64,000 bases of DNA, from NCBI GenBank assembly GCA_046075565.1, contig JBJTQJ010000025.1:1-64000 (forward strand), written 5' to 3'. Under the pieces are notes generated by a model. It saw only the letters and a list, made by a program, of their open reading frames with translations. It was not told the DNA's origin and did no database searches. The position numbers and the translations under genes are program-made. Positions within the stretch are counted from its first letter, which is position 1. Every line of letters starts with the position of its first letter. This document shows, piece after piece, positions 27,699 through 37,000 of this stretch. The stretch is from Verrucomicrobiales bacterium. GTDB lineage: Bacteria; Verrucomicrobiota; Verrucomicrobiia; Verrucomicrobiales; SLCJ01.

Positions 27699-28586
27699 AT
27701 GAGCACCACTGATCTCCACGATCCCATCGCCAAAGCCGCCGTTCTTGTCGAGGCTCTGCCTTACATGCAGAACTTCCGCGGCCAGACCTTCCTGATCAAG
27801 GTGGGAGGCAGCGCCATGGAAGATCCTGCCCTGGTGCGCAATCTGATGCGGGATATCGTCTTCCTTGAAGCGGTCGGCATCAATCCTGTCATCGTGCACG
27901 GCGGCGGGAAGGCCATCACCCAAGCCATGGCAGCCCAGGGGCTGGAACCCGTCTGGGTGAACGGCCTGCGCGTGACCGACGCCGCCACCATCGGCGTGGT
28001 CGAACGCACGCTCTCCAAGGTCATCAATCCCGAACTCGCCAGCTTGATCCTCGAATTCGGGGGAAAAGCGGCGGGCGTATCCGGACGCGAGGTTTTCCTT
28101 GGCCGCCGCACCCCTGGGCGCGATGCGGATGGCAATCCGGTTGATTTGGGATTCGTCGGCGAGGTCGTCGCCTGCGAGACCCACAATATCCTATCGGCCG
28201 TCTGCGCCGAAGTCGTGCCGGTGGTCAGCCCGGTGGCGAGTGAGGAGGGCACCGGACATCCGCTCAATGTGAATGCCGATCTCGCGGCTGCAGCACTGGC
28301 CAAAGCCATCGGCGCGCAGAAGTTGATCTATCTCAGCGACGTGCTCGGTCTGATGCGTGATCCGAAGGATCCCGCGACTCTCGTGCATACGGTCAGCCGC
28401 GCGGGCATCGAGGCGATGATCGCGGAAAAAATCATCACCGGCGGGATGATCCCGAAGATGCATTCCGCGCTTGATGCGTTGGAATCGGGCGTGGGCAAAA
28501 TCCACCTCATCGACGGACGCATTCCCCACTCGCTTCTGCTGGAAGTCTTCACCAATGTCGGCATCGGCACGGAAATCGTCGCTTGA
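27699..28586 (+). CDS. argB: Acetylglutamate kinase
   Basis: IKVGGSAM, VHGGG, GLRVTD, NVNAD and GGMIPK. Confidence 0.96.
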   Translation: MSTTDLHDPIAKAAVLVEALPYMQNFRGQTFLIKVGGSAMEDPALVRNLMRDIVFLEAVGINPVIVHGGGKAITQAMAAQGLEPVWVNGLRVTDAATIGVVERTLSKVINPELASLILEFGGKAAGVSGREVFLGRRTPGRDADGNPVDLGFVGEVVACETHNILSAVCAEVVPVVSPVASEEGTGHPLNVNADLAAAALAKAIGAQKLIYLSDVLGLMRDPKDPATLVHTVSRAGIEAMIAEKIITGGMIPKMHSALDALESGVGKIHLIDGRIPHSLLLEVFTNVGIGTEIVA

Positions 28587-28624
28587 TTCGGCCATCCACA
28601 ACTCTTCTTTTTTCGGATCCAAAA

Positions 28625-29887
28625 ATGGACACCTTCGGTCTAACAACAGAGAATATCATGCCCACCTACGGACGCCAGCCATTGGCGGCCGAGCGTGGCG
28701 AAGGCGCGTGGCTTTGGGACGAAACGGGAAAACGACATCTGGATTTCTGCACCGGCATCGCCGTCTGTTCGATTGGGCATTGTCACCCGGCCATGATCGC
28801 GGCAGTTGAAAAACAAGCCCGCAAACTCTGGCATTGCTCGAATCTCTACCACATCCGCGAACAGGCGGAGTTGGCGGAGTTCATCAACGACACGGTCATG
28901 GCCCAACCGGGGCGCGTCTTCTTTTCCAACAGCGGGGCCGAAGCCAACGACGGTTTGATCAAAGCGGCCCGGCGCTACGGGCATGCGCGACCGGGCAAGG
29001 ACGGCCAACCGCGCACGCTCGTGCTGACCTTCCGGCAGAGTTTCCACGGGCGCACGCTCGGCGGGATCGCCGCCACCGGACAGGACAAGGTGAAAGAAGG
29101 ATTCGATCCGATGCTGCCCGGATTCCGCCACTTGCCTTACAACGACATCGCGGCTCTCGAAGCGGCGATGGCGGAGGACGAAGTGATCGCGGTTCTGTTA
29201 GAAGCATTGCAGGGCGAAGGTGGGGTGAATGCCGCCACGCCGGAATTCCTGCTCGCCGTGGCGGAGCTTTGCCAAAAACACGACGCGCTGTTGTTTTTCG
29301 ACGAAGTGCAATGCGGCATGATGCGCACCGGCGGATGGCGCGGCTGGGAAGACATTCTCGGCGGCACCGGGATCACCCCCGATGGCGTGAGCTGGGCCAA
29401 AGGAATGGGAGGTGGTTATCCTATTGGCTCGTTCTGGTTGGGAGAACGTGAAGTGAAGCCGGGTCAACCGCTGCACCAGTTGCTCGGTCCCGGCTCCCAC
29501 GGCAGCACTTATGGGGGCTCGCCGTTGGCTGCCGCCGTTTCGCTGGCTGTCCTGCGGGAAATCGCCAAGCCGGAGATTTCCGCCAATGTGGCGGCGCGGT
29601 CGCACCAACTACGCGAGGGTGTTTTGGCCCTCGGCTCTCCTTTCATTACCGGACTCCGCGGTGCCGGCCTGCTGCTGGGGATGACCCTTGATGTGTCGGC
29701 CATCGAAAAGAACGAGCAGTTGCCACCCGGCCCGACAGCGGCCATGCGGGTCGTGCACGCTTGCCGCGACGCAGGTTTGCTCGTGGTCCCGGCGGGCACC
29801 GATGTCGTGCGATTGCTCCCGCCGCTCAATGTGACGGCAGAAGAGTGTGACCATGCCCTCGAGATCCTCGGGCGGGTGTTGCGCTGA
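28625..29887 (+). CDS. argD: Acetylornithine aminotransferase
   Basis: NSGAEAN, SFHGRT, DEVQ, PLP Lys in AKGMGGG and HGSTYGG; follows argB. Confidence 0.92.
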   Translation: MDTFGLTTENIMPTYGRQPLAAERGEGAWLWDETGKRHLDFCTGIAVCSIGHCHPAMIAAVEKQARKLWHCSNLYHIREQAELAEFINDTVMAQPGRVFFSNSGAEANDGLIKAARRYGHARPGKDGQPRTLVLTFRQSFHGRTLGGIAATGQDKVKEGFDPMLPGFRHLPYNDIAALEAAMAEDEVIAVLLEALQGEGGVNAATPEFLLAVAELCQKHDALLFFDEVQCGMMRTGGWRGWEDILGGTGITPDGVSWAKGMGGGYPIGSFWLGEREVKPGQPLHQLLGPGSHGSTYGGSPLAAAVSLAVLREIAKPEISANVAARSHQLREGVLALGSPFITGLRGAGLLLGMTLDVSAIEKNEQLPPGPTAAMRVVHACRDAGLLVVPAGTDVVRLLPPLNVTAEECDHALEILGRVLR

Positions 29888-29944
29888 GGCGCGGGGTAGT
29901 TCTTAACGGTGGCCCCGCTGCTCCTGCCGGCCAAAGGACCGATA

Positions 29945-30320
29945 TTATTTGCGGAATGCATCCACCGTCAGGCCGCTCTGGCGGATGATTGAACGCAGCG
30001 TGCCCAATCCTAGGCGGTTAGCACCAGGAATCTTGGTCTTCCGGGTTCTCATTGTCCACTTCCTGGCAGGGCAAGACCGGGGCGGTCTTGCCCTGAGAAG
30101 TGATCGCTCTTTGCCTTTTCTAGTGCTAAAAGGGACAGGATTGCGCAGCGTGCCAGTGCGAAGTTCGTCGTGATCCGGCACTGGAACAGTAATACTGCCA
30201 CAGTCGCCACCACTCTTCTGCATCACCATGTGACTGCCTCGCTGGCGCGCCAACCGAAACCCATGAGATTCGAGCACCCGGCGGGACCTATTGACCAGAG
30301 GGAAACGGCAGCTCAGGCAA
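29945..30320 (-). pseudogene. hicA: HicA toxin pseudogene (stop, frameshift and MITE insertion)
   Basis: TTG start overlaps the hicB stop: MPELPFPSGQ*V, then +1 shift, RRVLESHGFRLARQRGSHMVM...VPVPDHDELRTGTLR [insert] SIIRQSGL. Confidence 0.85.
30005..30143. mobile_element. 139 bp MITE with 11 bp target-site duplication
   Basis: Direct repeat cgcagcgtgcc at 29994-30004 and 30144-30154. Terminal IRs caatcct..ttagcaccag / ctagtgctaa..aggattg. Internal 13 bp hairpin at 30067-30095. Confidence 0.9.
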
Positions 30321-30534
30321 GCTGCACCTCCATCATGGAGATGTAGGACTCGCTCGACATGCGCTGCTGGATCTCCTCCTCGGAAGCACCTTCAAAGAAC
30401 AACTCTACCGCTTCCTGCAGGTTTGCTTTTGCCTCCTCTACCGTAGCGCCCTGTGAGGCCACATCCACCTCCGGACACAACGCGACGAATCCTCCATCCT
30501 CGCGGGTCAGGATTGCGGTCAAAATGTGTTTCAT
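30313..30534 (-). CDS. hicB: HicB-family antitoxin (short form)
   Basis: EDGGFVALCPEVDVASQGATVEEAKANLQEAVELF. Confidence 0.92.
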   Translation of the reverse strand: MKHILTAILTREDGGFVALCPEVDVASQGATVEEAKANLQEAVELFFEGASEEEIQQRMSSESYISMMEVQLA

Positions 30535-30868
30535 GGTCGTAGGCTAACAACTGGAGCCAATTCCGCAAGTATCCTCTGTTTATCGGGGAAGAATTACCCT
30601 CCGCCCCGCGTTTCCGAGACCGCTGGAACGGCGATTCCTGACGACAGAAGGCAAATGGTCCGTTCATCCTGGTCTGATTCCTGTGCGTCGCCATCTCTTC
30701 TCCCTCCCGGGGTTGGATCTCGGTTATTTCACTCCACTGAACCTATTTTCCGAATCCAAGGTCGGATTTTCCGATGGCACGGGAAATCCTGTCAAATCGG
30801 GGCCATTTGGCCGGGGAAATCACGGACTGCGGGTTGCGCGGTGGCCTATCCGGTGTTTGTTTTCCGGA

Positions 30869-32089
30869 ATGAGTCAGAAGCTTTCGATTGCCGATCTTGC
30901 CGTGAAGGGAAAACGCGTTCTCATGCGCGTGGATTTCAATGTTCCGCTCAAGCAAGAAGCGGGAAAACAAATCATCACCGATGACACCCGTGTGACGGCT
31001 GCCCTGCCGACCATCCGCCATCTTATGGACCAAGGTGGCCGCGTAATCCTGATGTCGCACCTCGGTCGTCCGAAAGGCGGGCCGACCCCGGAATTTTCTT
31101 TGCTCCCTGTGGCCGAACACCTTGCTTCGTTGCTCGGTTCTCCGGTGAAATTCGCCAACGACTGCATCGGTGATGATGCAAAGGCGCTGGCCAACGGACT
31201 CTCCGATGGCGAAGTGCTCCTTCTGGAAAACGTGCGGTTCTACAAGGAAGAAGAAAAGAATGATCCCGCATTCGCGGCCAAGCTCGCCGCCCTTGGCGAA
31301 GTCTATGTGAACGACGCCTTCGGCACCGCCCACCGCGCGCACGCTTCCACCGAAGGTGTGGCTCGTTTGCTCCCGCAAGCCGCCGCCGGCTATCTGATGC
31401 AGCGCGAGTTGAAATACCTCAAGGAAGAACTCGCCTCTCCCGCCCGCCCGTTCATCGTGATCATGGGAGGTTCGAAGGTGTCGGATAAAATCCAGGTCAT
31501 CATGAGCCTGATGGAAAAGGCCGACGCGATTCTGATTGGTGGCGCGATGGCCTTCACCTTCCGCAAGGCGCAGGGTTATGAAATCGGAAACTCGAAGGTC
31601 GAAGCCGACAAACTCGATCTCGCCCGCGAGATCCTGGCTGCTGCTGAAACCAAAGGTATCAAGTTCCTTCTCCCCGCCGATTCGCGCGAGACCGACAAGT
31701 TCGAGGATGACGCTGCCACCCGCTGCACCGGCATTTACGGCGAAGGAGGGGCGATTTCGCCGGACTGGATGGGCATCGACATCGGCGACCAGGCCATCAC
31801 CGAATTCCGTAACATCATTCTCGAAGCAAAAACCATCGTTTGGAATGGCCCGGTCGGCGTATTTGAAATCGAAAATTTTGCCAAAGGCACACGCGCGGTC
31901 GCGGAAGCGATGGCCGAAGCCACTGGCAAAGGCGCGGTCACCATCATCGGTGGCGGCGACTCGGTTACCGCCGTCAATCAATTCGGCCTCGCCGACCAAA
32001 TGACCTTTATTTCCACCGGTGGCGGCGCATCGCTCGAACTGCTGGAAGGCCAGGAACTGCCCGGTGTGGCCGCCCTGTCCGAGAAGTGA
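30869..32089 (+). CDS. pgk: Phosphoglycerate kinase
   Basis: [30 protein letters not shown] and STGGGASLE. Confidence 0.98.
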   Translation: MSQKLSIADLAVKGKRVLMRVDFNVPLKQEAGKQIITDDTRVTAALPTIRHLMDQGGRVILMSHLGRPKGGPTPEFSLLPVAEHLASLLGSPVKFANDCIGDDAKALANGLSDGEVLLLENVRFYKEEEKNDPAFAAKLAALGEVYVNDAFGTAHRAHASTEGVARLLPQAAAGYLMQRELKYLKEELASPARPFIVIMGGSKVSDKIQVIMSLMEKADAILIGGAMAFTFRKAQGYEIGNSKVEADKLDLAREILAAAETKGIKFLLPADSRETDKFEDDAATRCTGIYGEGGAISPDWMGIDIGDQAITEFRNIILEAKTIVWNGPVGVFEIENFAKGTRAVAEAMAEATGKGAVTIIGGGDSVTAVNQFGLADQMTFISTGGGASLELLEGQELPGVAALSEK

Positions 32090-32138
32090 TCCCGATTCCG
32101 AGTTTCTAACAACGCACAACACACTGATCCATCCGCCA

Positions 32139-32921
32139 ATGTCCCGCAAACCCATCATCGCCGCCAACTGGAAAATGCACATGACCCCGCTGGAAAGCGG
32201 TGAGTTTCTCCGTCCGTTCCTCCGCCACTTCGCCAACCGCGAGGAGTATCCTGTGGAAGTGGTTATTTGCCCTCCCTTCGTTTCGCTTGCGGCAGCGGGC
32301 GATTTGATTCGGGAAAGCCCCGTCGTCGAGTTGGGCGCGCAGAACATGTCGGCGGAGCCCGCCGGAGCCTACACCGGCGAAATCAGCGCGAAGATGCTGA
32401 AGGAACTCAGCAGCAATTTTGTCATTCTCGGCCACAGCGAGCGCCGCCAACTTTTCGGAGAAACCGACGAGGGAATCAACCGCAAGATCCTCGCGGCCCT
32501 GAGCGCGCGTATCAGGCCCATCTTCTGCGTCGGTGAAACCCTCGAGGAACGCGAAGGCGGCAAACTCGAGGAGGTTCTCCACCGCCAGATCACCAAAGGA
32601 CTCGAAGGCGTGGGCCCGACGAAAGTCGAAGATATTGTTATCGCCTACGAGCCGGTTTGGGCCATTGGCACCGGACGCACGGCCACCGCCGAAATCGCGC
32701 AAGAAACCCATGCCTACATCCGCAAGGTGCTGGGCGAAGTTTACGGCGAAAGCCAGGCCGCCAAGGTGCGCATCCAATACGGTGGCAGCGTCAAACCGAA
32801 CAATGCCGCTGAATTGCTCGCCCAACCTGACATCGACGGCGCGCTTGTCGGTGGAGCCAGCTTGGAAGTCCAGGGCTTCTATGAGATCATCCGCAACGTG
32901 GTGGAAGCCATGCCGCGTTGA
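32139..32921 (+). CDS. tpiA: Triosephosphate isomerase
   Basis: ANWKM, GHSERR, AYEPVWAIGTG and YGGSV. Confidence 0.98.
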   Translation: MSRKPIIAANWKMHMTPLESGEFLRPFLRHFANREEYPVEVVICPPFVSLAAAGDLIRESPVVELGAQNMSAEPAGAYTGEISAKMLKELSSNFVILGHSERRQLFGETDEGINRKILAALSARIRPIFCVGETLEEREGGKLEEVLHRQITKGLEGVGPTKVEDIVIAYEPVWAIGTGRTATAEIAQETHAYIRKVLGEVYGESQAAKVRIQYGGSVKPNNAAELLAQPDIDGALVGGASLEVQGFYEIIRNVVEAMPR

Positions 32922-32992
32922 TCCGGCAAAGTCGCCCGAAGGCTGGAAAATTCTCGCCACGATCGATGGTTCGCGTGTAGGATGAGCCTGCC

Positions 32993-34426
32993 GTGAAACC
33001 GGAAAACGTTTATCAGATCCTGCTCGTGCGTGCGGTCGAGGAAGACGACCCCCGCGGGGATCGCCTGCCCTTCCCTTCGCGTGAGGATGCGGCCCGGCGC
33101 GCGGGAGAAGGTTATGAACCCTCCGACCCCGGCCCGGAGACGGCCCTTCGTGGAAAGGATTGGAACTTCCTTGCGCTTCGCGCGGCCTATTTGGCCTCGC
33201 CCGCGGCGGGCATCGCCAAGGTCTCCCCGAATCCGCCTTCGTTGCGCGGAGCCGCCATCTTCGGCCTCGTGGCGGCCGTCTTGCTCGGAGCGGCCAGCCA
33301 TACCGCCGGCCTCGCCCATCACTTTCATCTCTTCGCCGGGCCATTTCTCTTCGTGTTGATCTGGAACCTGTTGGTTGTCGGCTTCTTGATCTTCCGCTTG
33401 TTTCTGCCGAAGCACGCGGGCGCGAAACCATCATGGATGCTCCGCAGTTTGGAATGGTGGCAGGAGCTGCGGGCTGGCAGCCGCGATACCCCCGCCACTT
33501 CGCGGGCATTTCTCGCCCGCTGGCTGGAAACCACTTCCCCTGCGTTCACCGCCAAATTCGCCGCCTTCCTGCACGCCGCCAGCATTGCCTTTGCGCTCGG
33601 TCTGGTTGCCTGCGTTTACATCCGTGGTTTGTCTTCCCAATATGCGGCCGGATGGGAGAGCACATGGCTGGAAGCGAAACACGTGCGGCAGGTTCTCGGC
33701 ACGGTGCTTTATCCCGCCTCTTCCCTCACCGGCATTCCTTTACCGTCGGACAATCAGGAATGGGAAGCGCTGCGCTTCTCCCGCGCCGGAACCGGCGTGC
33801 CGGCCGGAAACTGGATCCACCTGCACGCGGTCACGTTGGGACTGTTCGCGATTCTTCCGCGGATGGCATTCGGATTGTTAGCATGGTTCAAAGGGATCCG
33901 GCTTGGACGCAAACCCCCGCCATGGAAACCGGGTGATGGATACGCCCGCCGTTTGCTCAGGGGATCCATCCTCGGGGGCACACTCGTCGGGGTTGTTCCC
34001 TATGGATTCAAAAGCACCGCCATTTTGACCAACGGAAGATACAAGGATGCCATCGCTCGTCTCTTGGCGGAAGTATGGGGGCGAGACGCCATCACGAGAT
34101 GGGAAGAACCGATTCTCTACGGCGGGGAAATCCCGAATCCCGACTCAGGCGCCACCACTTCGGGAATTCTCATTTTGTTCGATATCCGCGCCACTCCCGA
34201 AAGCGAAGTGCATGGCCAAGCCCTTGCCTCGGCACGCGAACTCTACCAAGGCCATTCGATGCTCGCTGCCATCGAGACCGCCGAATTCCCCGAGGAACGT
34301 CTCGACACGCGCCTCGCCGCCTGGACGGAAATGACACGCCAACTCGGCATTCAGCTTGTCGTCCTCGACGAAGGCATGCCCGTTGATAGCTGTCGTCCGC
34401 CCTCCGATTCTCTTATTCAACTATAG
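32993..34426 (+). CDS. Membrane protein, DUF2868-like
   Basis: Four hydrophobic segments, YAAGWESTW and LPR motifs, and a soluble alpha/beta C-terminal domain. Confidence 0.75.
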   Translation: MKPENVYQILLVRAVEEDDPRGDRLPFPSREDAARRAGEGYEPSDPGPETALRGKDWNFLALRAAYLASPAAGIAKVSPNPPSLRGAAIFGLVAAVLLGAASHTAGLAHHFHLFAGPFLFVLIWNLLVVGFLIFRLFLPKHAGAKPSWMLRSLEWWQELRAGSRDTPATSRAFLARWLETTSPAFTAKFAAFLHAASIAFALGLVACVYIRGLSSQYAAGWESTWLEAKHVRQVLGTVLYPASSLTGIPLPSDNQEWEALRFSRAGTGVPAGNWIHLHAVTLGLFAILPRMAFGLLAWFKGIRLGRKPPPWKPGDGYARRLLRGSILGGTLVGVVPYGFKSTAILTNGRYKDAIARLLAEVWGRDAITRWEEPILYGGEIPNPDSGATTSGILILFDIRATPESEVHGQALASARELYQGHSMLAAIETAEFPEERLDTRLAAWTEMTRQLGIQLVVLDEGMPVDSCRPPSDSLIQL

Positions 34427-34431
34427 ACTTC

Positions 34432-35871
34432 ATGGAACGCATCGCCATCAGTTTGGCCGGGCATACCAACCTCGGAAAAACCACCCTTGCCCGCACCTTG
34501 TTGCGGCGCGACATCGGGGTCGTCGAGGATCGTCCGCATGTCACGGACCTCGCCGATGGCCACCGCCTTGCGGGGGATGCCGCCACCGAGATCCTGCTCT
34601 GGGATTTGCCCGGCTTCGGCGATTCGGTCAAGCTGCGCCAGCGCTTGGAAAAGACCGGATTTCTCGGCTGGCTTGCCCAGACTTTTGATCGTTTCCGCGA
34701 CCGGCCGCTCTGGTGCGCGCAGCAGTCGTTGAAGAATGCACGCGAACAAGCCGACATCGTGCTCTATCTCGCCGACGCACAGGCCGATCCATTTGTCAGC
34801 CCCGAAGTGCCCGCCGAACTCGCGGCCCTCGCCTGGACCGGCAAACCCATCGTAATTGTGCTCAACCAAGCCGGGCTCCCCGATACCGCCCGCGACGAGG
34901 CCTTGGTTGCGCGATGGACGGAAGCCATGGGCCGAGAACATCCGCCCGCGGGTGTCGTCGTGCTCGATGGTTGGTCGCGTTGCTGGGTGCAGGAGATCCA
35001 ATTTTTGCGCTCTCTGGAAGAGCATCTGCCTGAAACCAAACGATCTGCCTACCGTCGCGTGCTTGATGTTTGGGTCGAAGAAACCCACCACGCCGCGTTC
35101 CGTGAATCGGTGGAACACCTCGCCCGCAGCCTCGCCGGGTTGGCCCGCGACCGGGTCGCTGTCGAGGAGAGTTGGCTCGATATTCTCATGGCGAAAACCC
35201 AACGAAGGAGCACGCCGCAGACCGAGGAAGCGCGCGAACAACTCGCGCAGACACTCGTCGAACGCTCCCGCGCCGATATGGAAAAACTGCTTGCCATCCA
35301 TGGACTCGAAGGTGTGCCCCGCGAACGCGTCGAGTCGGTCATCGAAGGATTACGGGCCAAGGTTCCGGGTGCACCTCCGGAATTCTGGGCGGTGCTGGGT
35401 GGTGTTGGCACGGGCGCGCTCGGCGGACTTGCCGCCGATTTCAGTGCCGGTGGCCTGACCTTTGGCGGCGGTGCCGTGCTCGGTGCCATTCTCGGTGGAC
35501 TCGGGGCCTATGCCCTCGGCCAAGGCTACCGGAAATTGAAACGCGACGGACAGACGGTGGTCGAGTGGGATCCCGAATTCAAACTCGACGAGTGGCGCGC
35601 CGCCGCCATGCGTTACCTGCTCGTCGCCCACCTCGGTCGCGGACGCGGCCAATGGCAGGAACCATTGCCCCAGGAACAACCCTCGCTTTGGAAAGAAAAA
35701 ATCGACGATTGGATGGCTCGCCACAAAGCCGAGATCGAAGCCGCTCTCGAACCAGAAAAAACCGACGAAGGAAAAATCGCCGTGCTGCTCACCTGGATGT
35801 TGGATGACATCCTCGCCTCCCTCTATCCCGGGTGGAAGGAACCCGCGCGGGCGCGGGTGAGCATTGATTGA
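34432..35871 (+). CDS. P-loop GTPase with a DUF3482-like C-terminal domain
   Basis: G1 GHTNLGKT, G2 HVT, G3 DLPG, a Gly-rich hydrophobic hairpin and HLGRGRG. Confidence 0.85.
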   Translation: MERIAISLAGHTNLGKTTLARTLLRRDIGVVEDRPHVTDLADGHRLAGDAATEILLWDLPGFGDSVKLRQRLEKTGFLGWLAQTFDRFRDRPLWCAQQSLKNAREQADIVLYLADAQADPFVSPEVPAELAALAWTGKPIVIVLNQAGLPDTARDEALVARWTEAMGREHPPAGVVVLDGWSRCWVQEIQFLRSLEEHLPETKRSAYRRVLDVWVEETHHAAFRESVEHLARSLAGLARDRVAVEESWLDILMAKTQRRSTPQTEEAREQLAQTLVERSRADMEKLLAIHGLEGVPRERVESVIEGLRAKVPGAPPEFWAVLGGVGTGALGGLAADFSAGGLTFGGGAVLGAILGGLGAYALGQGYRKLKRDGQTVVEWDPEFKLDEWRAAAMRYLLVAHLGRGRGQWQEPLPQEQPSLWKEKIDDWMARHKAEIEAALEPEKTDEGKIAVLLTWMLDDILASLYPGWKEPARARVSID

Positions 35872-35879
35872 ACCATCAA

Positions 35880-36848
35880 CCCTTCTTCCAAGTTCCCGTC
35901 CGTGCGCTCTGGAGGGCCTGCACCCAGTCGGCTTCCAACCTCGGATAAAGCCGACCCATTCGGTGCTGCGTGCCGAAAGGCTGAAGGTGCCGGCCGTCGG
36001 GTTGATTTCGAGGAACGTGAAGAGCGCATCGCGGTAGGGAGCGGTGTAGGAAAGTTGGCGGTAGCGCTGGTGGATTTCCTCGCTGTATCGCTGGCGCTTG
36101 TAGTTGCTGCCCACCCAGTAGTAGGAAGCCGAATTGATATGAATGTAGGGAATCCCATCGATCTCACGGGCATGATCGAGATGGAAATGTCCATTCAGGC
36201 AGGCCGCGATCTTCCGCGTGCCATCGGCAAATCGCGCGGCGGCGATGATGGCGCGCGCCTTCTCCTGCGAGCGGATGCAGATCGGTCGCTCCAGGCTCTG
36301 ATGGGAAAAAATGAAGACGTTTTTTTCGCCATGGCGAGTTCGGCTTCGATCCAGACCAGTTGGTCGTCCGCGATGTTGCTCGGATATCCGCCCCGGCCAT
36401 CGGCCGCGCCATCGTTGCCATCCAGCACCATTCCCATCACCGATCCGAGATCCATGGTGTAGTAGCGCCCCGGCATTTTGTGGAAAGCCACCACGTGATC
36501 GCGGGTATAGCCTTCGTCCATCTCATGGTTTCAGATGATATGGTATCTCGGGCGAGGGAAGGCCTCGAACAAATCGGCAAAGGCGCGGTTCTCCGGTTTG
36601 GGAATACAAAAGTCACCCATTTCGAGGATCGCATCGGCCTTCTGTTTTTCGGCCTCGGCCAAGAAGACCTTCAAGCGATCGGAAGCGTCGTGGATCACAT
36701 CCTGATGGACATCGGTGATGATGCCCAGTTTGAAGGATGAACCCTCGGCACCGCGCACCGGACCACCGGGCAACAACCAGGTGGCAAGGGCGGCCCCACC
36801 GCAGGCGGCGAATCGACGGCGGTTGATGGAATTGGCTGGCTTCGTCAT
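35880..36848 (-). pseudogene. Tat-exported calcineurin-like metallophosphoesterase, disrupted
   Basis: NRRRF Tat signal, DVH, GD and *NHE (TGA at 36533-36531 replaces Gly of GNHE). Frameshift near the T7 run at 36320-36326, then FSHQ and GHFH. The 3' end is uncertain. Confidence 0.85.
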
Positions 36849-37000
36849 AGAGCTTTTTGACTCCCGTGGATACCTTAAGGAGCCGGTGGATGTTTCAATC
36901 TTTCCCCGAGGGCCCTGTGACTGAACCAGCGCCCACCGTTGTTTTGTGCGCTTGCCGCTGCCCTGATTACAAAGTAGTATTCCCGCTCAAACCTCTCCGA

